Assembly: GCA_951406725.2 (NCBI GenBank)
Contig: OX597818.1
Span: 10,726,001-10,790,000, forward strand
DNA: 64,000 nt
Reading direction: 5' to 3'
DNA from: Octopus vulgaris
Lineage: Eukaryota
The position numbers were made by a program, and so were the translations under genes. Each line of letters begins with the position of its first letter. Position 1 is the stretch's first letter. Under the pieces are notes generated by a model that saw only the letters and a program-made list of their open reading frames with translations, was not told where the DNA came from and ran no database searches. Below, in pieces: positions 1-10,764 of this stretch.

Positions 1-429
1 ATAAGAAGTTCATTGGCAATGAAGTAGTAGAATTAATTTTTTTTCCTCTATAGAATTGGATGATGGGGATAATAACAAGGGAGAGGAATGTCTTTCTTGT
101 AATATAGAAGGAGAAATCATTTTGTGAAGCTTGGCGCTAATACTTGATTTTTGCATTGAAGTGATTCACAAAATAAGTGAGGAAAATCATGAGCAAAACT
201 CCCATGCCTCAGGTGGTTGTCCATCTGCAGAAATCCCTGCCTGTATCTGACATAGAGGCATTTCCGTTGATTAATCCCTCCAAATATTAAAGTAAAAGGT
301 CTCAATTAAAAGACATAAAGTGTGTTTGATGAGTGCTAAAGTGAGAGAAAGCAGGCATGAATGTATAAACTGTTACATGAGACTGTGCGTTGATACATTT
401 TAAAATATTTCACAGCTAATGTTAAAAAT

Positions 430-648
430 ATTTTTTTCTACTCTAGGCACAAGAGCCAAAATTTTGGGGGAGGGAGCCAGTCGATTAGATCGACTCCAGT
501 ATGCAACTGGTACTTAATTTATTGACCCCAAAAGGATGAAAGGCAAAGTTGACCTTGGCAGAATTTGGACTCCGAAGATAGAGACAGACGAAATACCGCT
601 AAATATTTTGTTTGGCGTGCTAACAATTCTGCCAGCTCGCTGCCTTAC
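430..648 (-). mobile_element. tRNA-derived SINE, family A (Meta-domain-like core), with 12-bp TSD
   Basis: Reverse strand reads AAGGCAGCGAGCTGGCAGAA head, then GTCAACTTTGCCTTTCATCCTTTTGGGGTCAATAAATTAAGTACCAG core. Direct repeat AATGTTAAAAAT at 418-429 and 649-660. Many homologous copies in the window. Confidence 0.85.
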
Positions 649-1215
649 AATGTTAAAAATTTTGCAATATTTCTTCACCTACTTTTCAATTTTATAGTTT
701 TATTAGACCTTATATTGTTTAATATATTTCATTTAAATGAAATCTAAATATTTCAGTCGTTCAATAGTGAGGGTCATCTTTCTAGTGCTTTTTTCTTTGA
801 AAAAAAAACCATAAAAGTAGCAGTAGGTAATTTGATACATGTTCTATTAAATGATATGAGATGGAATAGTTTGTCTGAAACTAATAGTAATGGTTCCCAG
901 ACCTACAGGAAGATATTCACCATCCAATTCTTACTTGAGATTACTTTATCATATCTATTCTCTCTCTCAGAGAGGTTAAGTACAGTTCTTTGTGTTCTGT
1001 GGTTGTCATAAGCATAATTTGCTTCATATTAATTCTTTACTTAGACTTGACAAACATCAGAGAGCAAAACAATTGTTAAATCTTTCATAAAACTATTAAA
1101 TCCATAATTGTTGGGTCTTAGCACCAGATTATCTCTAATAGAGCAAACAGATATATAATCAAAGATGTTCCAGCAGCGATCAACTGGTTTTGTTTCTATT
1201 TTATGCATAATGTAC

Positions 1216-1219
<4 letters not shown>

Positions 1220-1289
<70 letters not shown>

Positions 1290-1404
1290 TGTATGTATGT
1301 ATGTATGTATGTATGCTTGTATGTATATGTATGTATATATATATATGTATGTATATATATATATGTATATATATATATATGTATATAAATATATATGTAT
1401 GAAT

Positions 1405-1475
<71 letters not shown>

Positions 1476-1529
1476 TATGTATGTATATATATGTATATAT
1501 ATATTTATAGATATATGTATATATGTATA

Positions 1530-1574
<45 letters not shown>

Positions 1575-1601
1575 GTATATATATGTGTATATATATATAT
1601 A
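1220..1601. repeat. Compound (TA)n/(TATG)n microsatellite
   Basis: Directly visible; source of the YI-rich spurious ORFs. Confidence 0.97.
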
Positions 1602-2122
1602 TTTTTTTTTTTCATATTCATACTTATACATATAAGACGCACTGATAGATTAGTCACTCCACATTTGTGCCTATAACAGTTTAGCTTCTTCAGCCTGTGA
1701 CTTATAGTGCATAATTCACATATTGCTTTCCATGAATACTGTTTGCAGCTTCACTTGCTGTTGCAATGAAATAATAAACACAGCTGAAATAATTGTGATA
1801 ATTGCTAGCACAGTTTAACAAAGTCTTGGAACCAAAGATATCATAGCAATGTATTTCTGTGATCTATACTTAGAACAAACAGACCAATTCGTGCTTTTAA
1901 ATTACCATTTCTGATTGATTAATAATACATACATCATCTGACGGGCATTGGGCTTATGGCCATAGACAGAGAAGTGACCAAGTTTATTTTACACATGTAG
2001 AAAGTGTATAGATACAAATTCATGAAACTATGTTAGAATGAAGTAAACATTTATGCATTGGTTTTTAATGAATTTAATCAAAAATGCATTTATAATAGCT
2101 ACACAGTGGCAGCATGAATTAA

Positions 2123-2351
2123 CCCTTTTGTATTCATATTATTCTGTTAAATGTAATGCTTATCTGTTCACATTATTTTGAATTAATCAGGCATTATCTC
2201 ATAGCTATGACGTTTTGATGAGGTAACTGCTAATTTTTAGAATCTTTATTGTTGGATTAGTGTGAGGGGTCAGACATGGCTGGTTGGAAGGTTGGAATAT
2301 AAAACAGGCAGACTATTTTGGCTAGATATGGCTGGTTTAAATGCTAATGAG
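2123..2351. mobile_element. piggyBac-type MITE (family P1)
   Basis: TTAA at 2119-2122 and 2352-2355, CCCTTT-type terminus, and homologous copies at 10943-11170, 29372-30480 and 49042-49642. Confidence 0.75.
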
Positions 2352-2402
2352 TTAAACATTGCAACAGATTCGTTTATGTAATGCTAACCCATTTTTTTTT
2401 TG

Positions 2403-2790
2403 TGTACTTGTTTCAGTTATTTGATTGTGGCCATGTTGGGACACCACCTTGAAGGGTTTTTAGTTGAACAAATAAATCCCAGGACTTATATTTTAAGTCT
2501 GGTATTTATTCTATTGGTCTCTTTTGCCAAACCACTAAGTTATGGGAACACAAGCACATCAACACCAGTTGTCAAGCAGTGATGGTGGGGACAAACAAAG
2601 ATACACATGCTCACACACACAAACATATACATATATACAACAGGCTTCTTTCAGTTTCCATCTACCACATCACAAATTTTTGGTCGGCCTGAGACCATAG
2701 AAGATACTTATCCAAGATGCCACTCAGTGGGACTGAATCTGGAACCATGGTTGGGTAGCAAGCTTCTTACCACACAGCCATGCCTGCACC
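2403..2790 (-). mobile_element. tRNA-derived SINE, family B (CORE-like centre, internal TA/TG tract)
   Basis: Reverse complement of the copy at 49060-49440; shared AAGCAAGCTTCTTACCACACAGCC head and TACTTGTTTCAGT tail. Confidence 0.85.
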
Positions 2791-3220
2791 TATTTCTGTT
2801 CTTGAATTTTGTACACCACTTTGCTAACACCTGGCACTTTTCAGTAATAGTATATTATGCTTATATTCATGGATAGCTGTAACACTTTTGTTGTAGTAAC
2901 CCTGTGAGTGACAACAAGCCAATTTACATTCAGTCCACATGCACAAGTATATAAATCATACTCCATGTTGATACAGTTTAAACATGTTTCATTTTTGGCA
3001 TTTTCTTAGGGGTTTCTTTATTTTTGCTTCTGCCAGAACCCTCACAAATTTTTCTGACAACAAAAACTCTCTCACAGATTTACATGCTATTCAGCCTATT
3101 CAATAATTGTAGCTTAAAACCAGTCTCATAATCGATCTTTTTGCCTTTCGTGCTGCTCATGTTATAGCTATTTTGTTGACTTTTTTTCCTATCAGAAATG
3201 CAATTATATGACTAATACGA

Positions 3221-3254
<34 letters not shown>

Positions 3255-3639
3255 ATGTGTGTGTGTATTTTGTCAGAAATGCAGAAAATATATTTGATAT
3301 TTATATATATATATATATATGTTTCAGTGAGTTAATCTCATATCCTCAATACTTCAATACAAATATTTAGTTGTAGTATAACTGTAATATACCTTTAATC
3401 ATGCAATATACACATAAAGACTATATCATAACTATCTAGATCTTTCAAATTCTCTTATTTCATATTCTATATTTTTTATTCTTTCTATTATTCTTTTCTG
3501 TCTTTTGAATGTTTTTTTTTATCTTTTGATCTTTATTCCATTCCCTGCTCAGACTGACCACCTTACCAAGCCAACCTTCCCTCTATCTTTCTATCTGTTT
3601 GATTGACAGTCTATACAATGATTTGATATTACTACTCCT

Positions 3640-3910
3640 GTGCATGTTCATGTTTGTATGTGTGTGTGTGTGCATCTCCTTGTCTTAACATCATGTGATA
3701 GTGTCACTATCATGGAAGCAGTGTTTTTCATTTCCAGTTTTCTATGGAAACATGTATAGCCATGGAGGAAATATTAGTTTTCTTAGAAAACAGGTGGGAG
3801 GGTGGAACAAGAAATGCATCCTGTGATAGAAAATTTGCCTCAACAAATTCCATCTGACCGATGCAAGCATAGCAAAATGAACTTCAAAATGCTGCTGATG
3901 ATGATGATGA
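3640..3910 (+). mobile_element. Degenerate repeat with AGGGCATCC-like core and RTE-type (GAT)n tail (family E variant)
   Basis: GCATCCTGTGATAGAAAA...CCATCTGACCGATGCAAGCAT...GATGATG. Related pieces at 4050-4185 (-), 16740-16850 (-) and 51230-51430 (+). Confidence 0.5.
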
Positions 3911-4444
3911 AGATGATATATGTATATCATAATGATGGTATATATATATTAGCAATATATACATATATATGTGAATAGTGATATAAACTGAATGTGTGTG
4001 TGTGTGTGTGTGTGTGTGTACTATATATGTATATAGCTATATATATATATCATCCTTTTAGTTTCCTTTATCATGTTTGCATAAACCAGATAGAATTTGT
4101 TGAAGCAAATTTTCTGTGGCTGAATGCCCTACCGGTTACCAATCCTCGCTTGTTTTAACTAAGATAAAATTCTCCATTGCTGGACATATATATGTATACA
4201 ATATTTACAAATACACACACACACATATATATATATACATACATATTTATATATATACATTGATAATATGTGTGTGTGTGTACATCATATATGTGTGTGT
4301 GTATATATACATGCATACACACATATATACGTCTGTATGTCTATCTCTCTTTCTCTCTTGTGTGTGTGTGTTTATTCTGTGTATAAATACATACATGCAT
4401 ATATATATATATATATGTATTTGTGTCTATATATTTATCAACAA

Positions 4445-4484
4445 CACTAATGTGTTTTCTTTCTTTTTTCTTTTGTAGGTAAGT
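4445..4484 (+). promoter_or_regulatory. Candidate recursive splice site (ratchet point): branch point + polypyrimidine tract + AG|GTAAGT
   Basis: CACTAAT (branch A 4450), then TTTTCTTTCTTTTTTCTTTT, TAG (AG 4477-4478) and immediately the perfect donor GTAAGT (4479-4484). Lies in non-transposon sequence. Confidence 0.6.
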
Positions 4485-5159
4485 GTCTTCACATCCTTTA
4501 AATCCAGCATTTCCATAATCATCATCATCTATAACATAATCTCTTTGAACCAAAGGTGCCAAATTTGCACTAAGAATCCAGTAAATATTACACATTTTTT
4601 CTGTCATTTTCTGCTTTTTCTCAGTTCTCTTTGACTTTGTAATAATTTAATTATTATTTATTTTTGTTTTGCTTTGATTTTCAATTAACCATACTTTTTT
4701 TCCACCCAGAACAAACACTCATTTCCATATGAAGCAAAAGAAAAGCATCCTTTTAACCCCATGGTATTTCAGTTATAAATAACCCGTTTGATAGTATTAT
4801 ATCCCCTCTATGAAATGAATAGATAAATAAATATAAATAAATACTATGACAAAAAGAAAGATTTTTAAAAATACTGAAATAAAGAGGAAGCTACTTTCAT
4901 CTTGTTAAGAAAAGATTTATTCAGTGCAAACCAAAACTATTGAATTTTTAGGTGGATAACTAAATAGGCAAATGGATTGAAAATAGAGACAAACAGACAC
5001 AAACTAAAAGAATGGCTGCTTCCCCTCTTTTCCTATAGAAAGAAAAGTCTCTTTCGTTTATGTTCTGAATTTAATTTTCCTCCTTCTGCAACGAATAAAA
5101 TAAGGTAGAAGTAACATGCACGGATCTACATGCAAATACACATTCATATTAATAATGAT

Positions 5160-5342
5160 GGCTTTCAATTTGGGCACAAGGCCAGCAATTTTATGAGGTG
5201 GTGGTTTAGTTATTTATATCAACCACAACACTCAGCTGTTACTTAACTTCATCAACCCTGAAAGGATGAAATGCAAAATTGACCATAAAGCTTCAGAAGA
5301 AATACCATTTGGCATTTTATCTTACTCTCTAAATTAATAATG

Positions 5343-5373
<31 letters not shown>

Positions 5374-5378
5374 TAATA

Positions 5379-5445
<67 letters not shown>

Positions 5446-5645
5446 CATAATAATCCTTTCTACTATAGGCACAAGGCCTGAAATTTCGAGGTAGGACGCC
5501 AGTCGGTTAGATCAATCCTGGTATGCAACTGGTACTTAATTTATCGACCCCAAAAGTATAAAAAGCAAAGTTGACTTCGGCAGAATTTAAACTCAGAACA
5601 TAAAAGCAGACGAAATACTCCTAAGCATTTTGCCCGGCATGCTAA
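5160..5645 (-). mobile_element. Two family A SINEs separated by (AAT)n (5335-5453); second copy lacks its 5' end
   Basis: GGCACAAGGCC ... AAAGGATGAAA/GCAAAGTTGAC motifs occur twice. The second copy stops at GCATGCTAA and joins a family B SINE. Confidence 0.75.
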
Positions 5646-5726
5646 GTTACGGGGACGTAAACACACTACCATCGGTTGTCAAGCGATGCTGGGGGGACAA
5701 ACACAGACACACAAGCATATACACAC

Positions 5727-5775
<49 letters not shown>
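5641..5775 (-). mobile_element. Family B SINE, middle part up to the internal (TA)n, split by the LINE
   Basis: GCTAAGTTACGGGGACGTAAACACAC...GGGGGACAAACACAGACACAC matches family B; the head half resumes at 9118. Confidence 0.85.
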
Positions 5776-5776
<1 letters not shown>

Positions 5777-5777
<1 letters not shown>

Positions 5778-8577
5778 TAATTGAGGTAATCAGAGTATGC
5801 GACAGAATACTTAAGATTAGATTAGCGCTTCATCATAGTTTAGCAACCATTATATCAGCCTATGCTCCTCAGTCGGGGCTACCTGATGGACAGAAAGACC
5901 GATTCTATGACACTCTACTGCAGACTACCTCGTTGACAAACGACAGAGACCTTCTCTTTGTGGCTGGTGACTTCAATGGTCACGTTGGACGACATGCTGG
6001 GGGCTTCCACGGCGTACATGGAGGCTATGGCTCTGGTTCCCGCAACGAGGAGGGAACCAGGCTGCTGGAGTTCTGCGATGCAAATAATCTTATGATTTGC
6101 AACACGAACTTCAGGAAACCTACCAGCCACCTAGTCACCTACCGATCGGGCCAACATACCAGCCAAATTGACTACATCCTTGCCAGGCAAAGGGAGAGAT
6201 GGCTACTTATAAATGCCAAAACCTTCCCAGGCGAAGAATGCACCCCACAACATAGACTGGTAGTTAGTGACTTTAGGATCAGGAGTAGGAGGACAACCAG
6301 AAGACGACCAACATGGAGAAGAAGGATCTGGAAGCTTAAGGATCCTGTGAATGGACAGAGATTTAGAGACATGTTACTTGAAGCCTTTGACGAAGTAGAA
6401 GGGGATAGTGTATCACATGGGGTAGAGGACAACTGGACGTTTCTAAGGGACAACCTGCTGAGAGCCACTGACCAGATCTGTGGCTGGTGCAAAGTCCCCT
6501 CTCGTCCCAAGGTAACGTGGTGGTGGAACAGTGTCGTAGACAGGGCTATTAGAGAAAAGAGACAGACTTGGAAGCACTGGAAGAATGGTGGTAGCAGGGA
6601 ATTGTATCAGACTGCTAAAAGGGAAGCTAGGAGACAGGTCTATCTAGCCAGAGGGGAAGCAGATAAGAAAAAATTTGCCAATGTTCTGCGCCGTGAGGAC
6701 CAAAGACTGGAGGTGTTTCGCGTTGCAAGACAGTGTGTGAGAGAGAATTGTGATGTGGTGGGAGAGAAGTGTGTTCGCATGGAAGATGGTTCACTTGCGC
6801 TAAACGAGGATGCAAAGAGAGAGGCTTGGAGACGCCACTATGAAAGGTTGCTGAATGAGGAAAATGAATGGGATAAAGAGAGTCTGCCGAACGTTGACCC
6901 AACAGAGGGACCAGCTATCAGGGTTGATAGTTCCTTAGTAGCTAAGGCAATTAGAAGCATGAAGACAGGGAAAGCCCCAGGCCCATCAGGTATCACTGCA
7001 GAGATGCTCAAAATATCTGGTAGTGTCGGCTATAGCCTAGTCACCTGTATAGTTAATCAGGTGATACATGAAGGAGTCATACCCAATGACTGGTGTAGCA
7101 GCATAATAGTCAACTGCTACAAAGGTAAAGGTGATGCCCTAGATACAAATAATTACAGAGGTATCAAGCTGTTGGATCAGGTGATGAAGGTTACAGAGAG
7201 GGTCATAAGCCAACTAATTAGAGAGAGAGTTAGTTTAGATGAGATGCAGTTTGGTTTCGTGCCAGGGAAAAGTACCACTGATGCTATATTCCTGGTAAGG
7301 CAGCTGCAGGAGAAATACCTAGCCAAAGATAAGGCCCTGTACCTGGCTTTTGTTGACATGGAGAAAGCCTTCGACAGGGTCCCCCGATCCCTCATATGGT
7401 GGTCAATGAGGAAACTAGGAATAGAAGAATGGTTAGTGAGAGCTGTGCAAGCCATGTACAGGGACGCTGCTAGTAAGGTGAGGGTTGGAAATGAGTACAG
7501 TGAAGAATTCCGGGTAGAGGTAGGGGTCCACCAAGGCTCAGTCCTCAGCCCCTCCTATTTATCATAGTCCTCCAGGCAATAACGGAGGAATTCAAGACAG
7601 GATGCCCCTGGGAGCTCCTCTATGCTGATGACCTTGCTCTAATTGCTGAGTCATTATCAGAACTGGAGAAGAAGTTTCAGGTGTGGAAGCATGGTTTAGA
7701 ATCGAAGGGCCTTAGAGTCAACCTAGCTAAAACCAAAGTCCTAATAAGTAGGAAGGTAGACAAATCACAAACGCCTTCAGCTAGATGGCCCTGCTCGATC
7801 TGTAGAAAAGGTGTAGGTAGAAACTATATAAGATGCACCAAGTGTAAGCTATGGACACATAAGAGGTGCAGCAATGTCATAGGAAGGCTAACTAGGAAGA
7901 TGGTTTTTGTATGTGGCAGATGCTCGGGAGCATTAACCTCTGAAAATCTGCAGAAAACAACTTCCGTCACTTTCCAGGGGGAAAAACTAGAAGTAGTTGA
8001 TAGCTTCCGTTATCTTGGTGACCAAGTCAGTAGTGGGGGTGGGTGTGCTGAAAGTGTAACGGCTAGAGTAAGAATAGCCTGGGCAAAGTTTAGGGAGCTC
8101 TTACCTCTGTTGGTGACTAAAGGCCTCTCGCTCAGAGTAAAAGGCAGACTGTATGATGCATGTGTACGAACAGCCATGCTACATGGCAGTGAAACATGGG
8201 CCGTGACTGCTGAGGACATGCGTAAGCTCGCGAGAAATGAAGCTAGTATGCTCCGTTGGATGTGTAATGTCAGTGTTCATAGTCGACAGAGTGTAAGTAC
8301 CTTGAGAGAAAAGTTGGACCTAAGAGGAATCAGATCTTGTGTGCAAGAGAGACGATTGTGCTGGTATGGTCATGTGGTGAGAATGGATGAAGATAGGTGT
8401 GTGAAAAAGTGCCACACCCTGGCAGTTGAGGGGACCTGTGGAAGAGGTAGACCCAGGAAAACCTGGGTCGAGGTGGTGAAGCACGACCTTCGAACTCTAG
8501 GTCTCACCAAGGAAATGACCAGAGACCGAGACCTATGGAAGTATGCTGTGCGTGAGAAGACCCGGCAAGACCAGTGA
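5777..8577 (+). pseudogene. RTE ORF: AP endonuclease + reverse transcriptase with PHD-like insertion; one frameshift at ~7550
   Basis: Open frame from 5777 with SAYAPQ, GDFNGHVG, SQIDYIL, KAPGPSG, NYRGIKLL, QFGF, FVDMEKAFD and GVHQGSVLSP. A missing C in the run at ~7549-7552 shifts to the frame with LFIIVL...LLYADD (7621-7632), GLRVNLAKTK, FRYLG, WYGHV and GRGRPRKTW; stop at 8577. Confidence 0.95.
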
Positions 8578-8625
8578 GAACAATCAAAATCAAATCATAT
8601 ATCAGAAAGCAGGGGTTAAGTGACC

Positions 8626-9015
8626 CATCTGTTCGTGTCCGCTGTTAGCCTCGTCTGGCACCCGTGCCAGTGATACGTAAAAGCACCATTCGAACATGGC
8701 CGTTTGCCAGCTCTGCCTGGCCCCGTGTCGGTGGCACGTAAAAGCACCATCCGTTCGTGTTCGTTGCCAGCCTCGCCTGGCCCCGTGCCGGTGACACGTA
8801 AAAGCACCGTCCGTTCGTGGCCGTTTGCCAGCTCTGTCTTGCCCCGTGTCGGTGGCATGTAAAAGCACCATCCGTTCGTGGCCGTTTGCCAGCTCTGTCT
8901 GGCCCCGTGTCGGTGGCACGTAAAAGCACCATCCGTCCGTGTCCGTTGCCAGCCTCGGCTGGCCCCCGTGCCGGTGACACATAAAAGCACCGTCCGCTCC
9001 TGGCCGTCTGCCAGA
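8626..9015 (+). repeat. Tandem array of 60-61-bp units (6 full + 1 partial) in the LINE 3' UTR
   Basis: AAAAGCAC unit ends at 8686, 8747, 8807, 8868, 8929 and 8990; two unit subtypes. Confidence 0.95.
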
Positions 9016-9117
9016 TCTGACTGGGCCTGACGAAGCCTTCCAGCTTCACAGACCCCAGTTGACCCGTCCAACCCATGCTAGCATGGAAAGCGGACGCTAA
9101 ACGATGATGATGATGAT

Positions 9118-9288
9118 ATATATATGCATATATACGATGGGCTTCTTTCAGTTTCCGTCTACCAAATCCACTCACAAGGCTTTGGTCAGCGCGAGGCTAG
9201 AGTAGAAGACACTTGCCCAAGTTGGCACGCAGCGGGAATGAACCTGGAACCATGTGGTTACTAAGCAAGCTACTTACCACACATCCAC
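9118..9288 (-). mobile_element. Family B SINE head half (continuation of 5641-5775)
   Basis: ATACGATGGGCTTCTTTCAGTTTCCGTCTACCAAATCCACTCACAAGGC...AAGCAAGCTACTTACCACAC. Confidence 0.9.
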
Positions 9289-9331
<43 letters not shown>

Positions 9332-9896
9332 TTTTCTTTATTAACCCCTCATGGTTTACAAAAAAACATGGGGAATAGTACAAGACAATACAATGTGGGA
9401 TTAATCTTAATGGAATTAAAACTCAGAATGTAAAGAGCAAGAAGAAATTAATAATACTTTTATTGGTAATCATGCTTTCTTTGATAATATCGATAATCAT
9501 AAGTTTATTTTGGCATAGCTGACTTTTGTGATTTAAATTTTATATGGTGGAATTGTAGAAAACAATTTTCCATTTTATTTATATCCTGGGGAAAAAAAAT
9601 ACTGGCATGATTCCTTTTTGGTTTTCTCCTCTCTTCAAATTCTCAGATTCTTCTTTTAAAAACAGACCACAAACATATATTCCTTCGTTCACACTTTCAT
9701 TCATACATACATACATGATGAGATAATAATTGCTTCTTTGTGTCAGATGTTTGCAATCTCATAAAGAAATATCTGTACATTATTGCGTAGAGTGACATAA
9801 AACTTAAACGACATGTAAGTGGTTTCTTTAGTGTCCATAGTTAAATAACTAGTGACAAGTAAAAGCAAAATGACTGATAACTATTTCAACAATAAC

Positions 9897-9897
<1 letters not shown>

Positions 9898-9941
<44 letters not shown>

Positions 9942-10073
9942 GTGCGTGTGTGTATGTGTTGTATATATGTTCTCTTACTCTTTTTAGTTTTAGAGTAAAT
10001 TTTGAGCAACTGTCTACTTGGTAGCAAGGTTGTATGTGTGTGTGTGTGTGTGTGTGTGTGAGTGTGTGTGTGT

Positions 10074-10112
<39 letters not shown>

Positions 10113-10196
10113 TGTATGTGTGTGAGTGTGTGTGTGCTAATATTAGAGTAAATTTTGAGCAACTGTCTACTTGGTAGCAGGGTTGTGTGTGTGTGT

Positions 10197-10241
<45 letters not shown>

Positions 10242-10339
10242 TGTGTGTGTGTATGTGTGTGTGTGTGTTAATTTTAGAATCAATTTTGATCAACTGTCTA
10301 CTTGGTAGCAAGGTTGTGTGTGCCTGTGTGTTTGTGAGT

Positions 10340-10411
<72 letters not shown>

Positions 10412-10472
10412 AGTGCGTGTGTGTTAATTTTAGAGTAAATTTTGATCAACTGTCTACTTGGTAGCAAGGTTG
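9898..10472. repeat. Composite array: four 48-bp units separated by variable (TG)n tracts
   Basis: Unit TAATTTTAGAGTAAATTTTGAKCAACTGTCTACTTGGTAGCAAGGTTG at 9985-10032, 10138-10185, 10269-10316 and 10425-10472. Confidence 0.95.
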
Positions 10473-10657
10473 TGAAGGAAAGTATCTTCTTTTAACCCTT
10501 ATCCTTTAAGTCTTAAGCAGGTCTTGCAGATTTTTATAGTCTCAGGTATCACGATCATTTGTAGCATATGAATTAAGGATTTGCATTCTCTCCTCAAGAT
10601 ACGAAATTCAGCCATACTTCACTCCAGAGTGGTTGGTATGTATCCTGTTGCTCCAGT
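10473..10657 (-). mobile_element. 3' end remnant of an RLE-type (R4/Dong-like) non-LTR retrotransposon
   Basis: Minus frame reads TGATGYIPTTLE*SMAEFRILRRECKSLIHMLQMIVIPETIKICKTCLRLKG* (stop 10499-10501), resembling the post-endonuclease C-terminus (IIGAxG...LQ...GTVKICKTF) of RLE elements; recognised from memory. Confidence 0.6.
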
Positions 10658-10764
10658 ATGTATGCATGCATGAATGTATGTGTATATGTGTATAAATGTG
10701 TGTTTTCCCACCATCTATTGTTACATAGGTGACATTATACACTGAATAAGAGAGAAGGTTGGTG

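Larger units (their letters stand above)
5776..9117 (+). mobile_element. RTE-clade non-LTR retrotransposon (LINE), 5'-truncated, inserted in a SINE's (TA)n
   Basis: Endonuclease and RT coding region, 3' UTR ending CCCATGCTAGCATGGAAAGCGGACGCTAAAC(GAT)n, flanked on both sides by (TA)n of a split SINE. Confidence 0.95.

Noticed and set aside
31-125. Acceptor-like TTTTTTTTCCTCTATAG with short frame ELDDGDNNKGEECLS; similar lone acceptors at ~3195, ~4624, ~13494, ~31389 and ~60663
   Set aside because: Isolated acceptors are common in T-rich DNA; there is no strong paired donor or recognisable peptide.
1041-1676. Long YI/VC/HT/N/I-rich ORFs here and at 9881, 11445, 32349, 35473, 47807, 53475, 55646 and 57464
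   Set aside because: Translations of microsatellites that lack stop codons; no coding signal.
5933-7567. Retron, group II intron or other prokaryotic RT system
   Set aside because: AP endonuclease + RT with an RTE-type C-terminus, (GAT)n tail and 5' truncation identify a LINE.
5915-8219. Antisense ORFs overlapping the LINE
   Set aside because: Shadow frames of the RT ORF with no motifs.
8602-9175. Three antisense ORFs with repeated peptides, and a CRISPR reading of the 61-bp array
   Set aside because: By-products of a GC-rich tandem repeat with no unique spacers.
9985-10472. CRISPR array
   Set aside because: Spacers are (TG)n microsatellite, there are no cas genes, and the context is eukaryotic.
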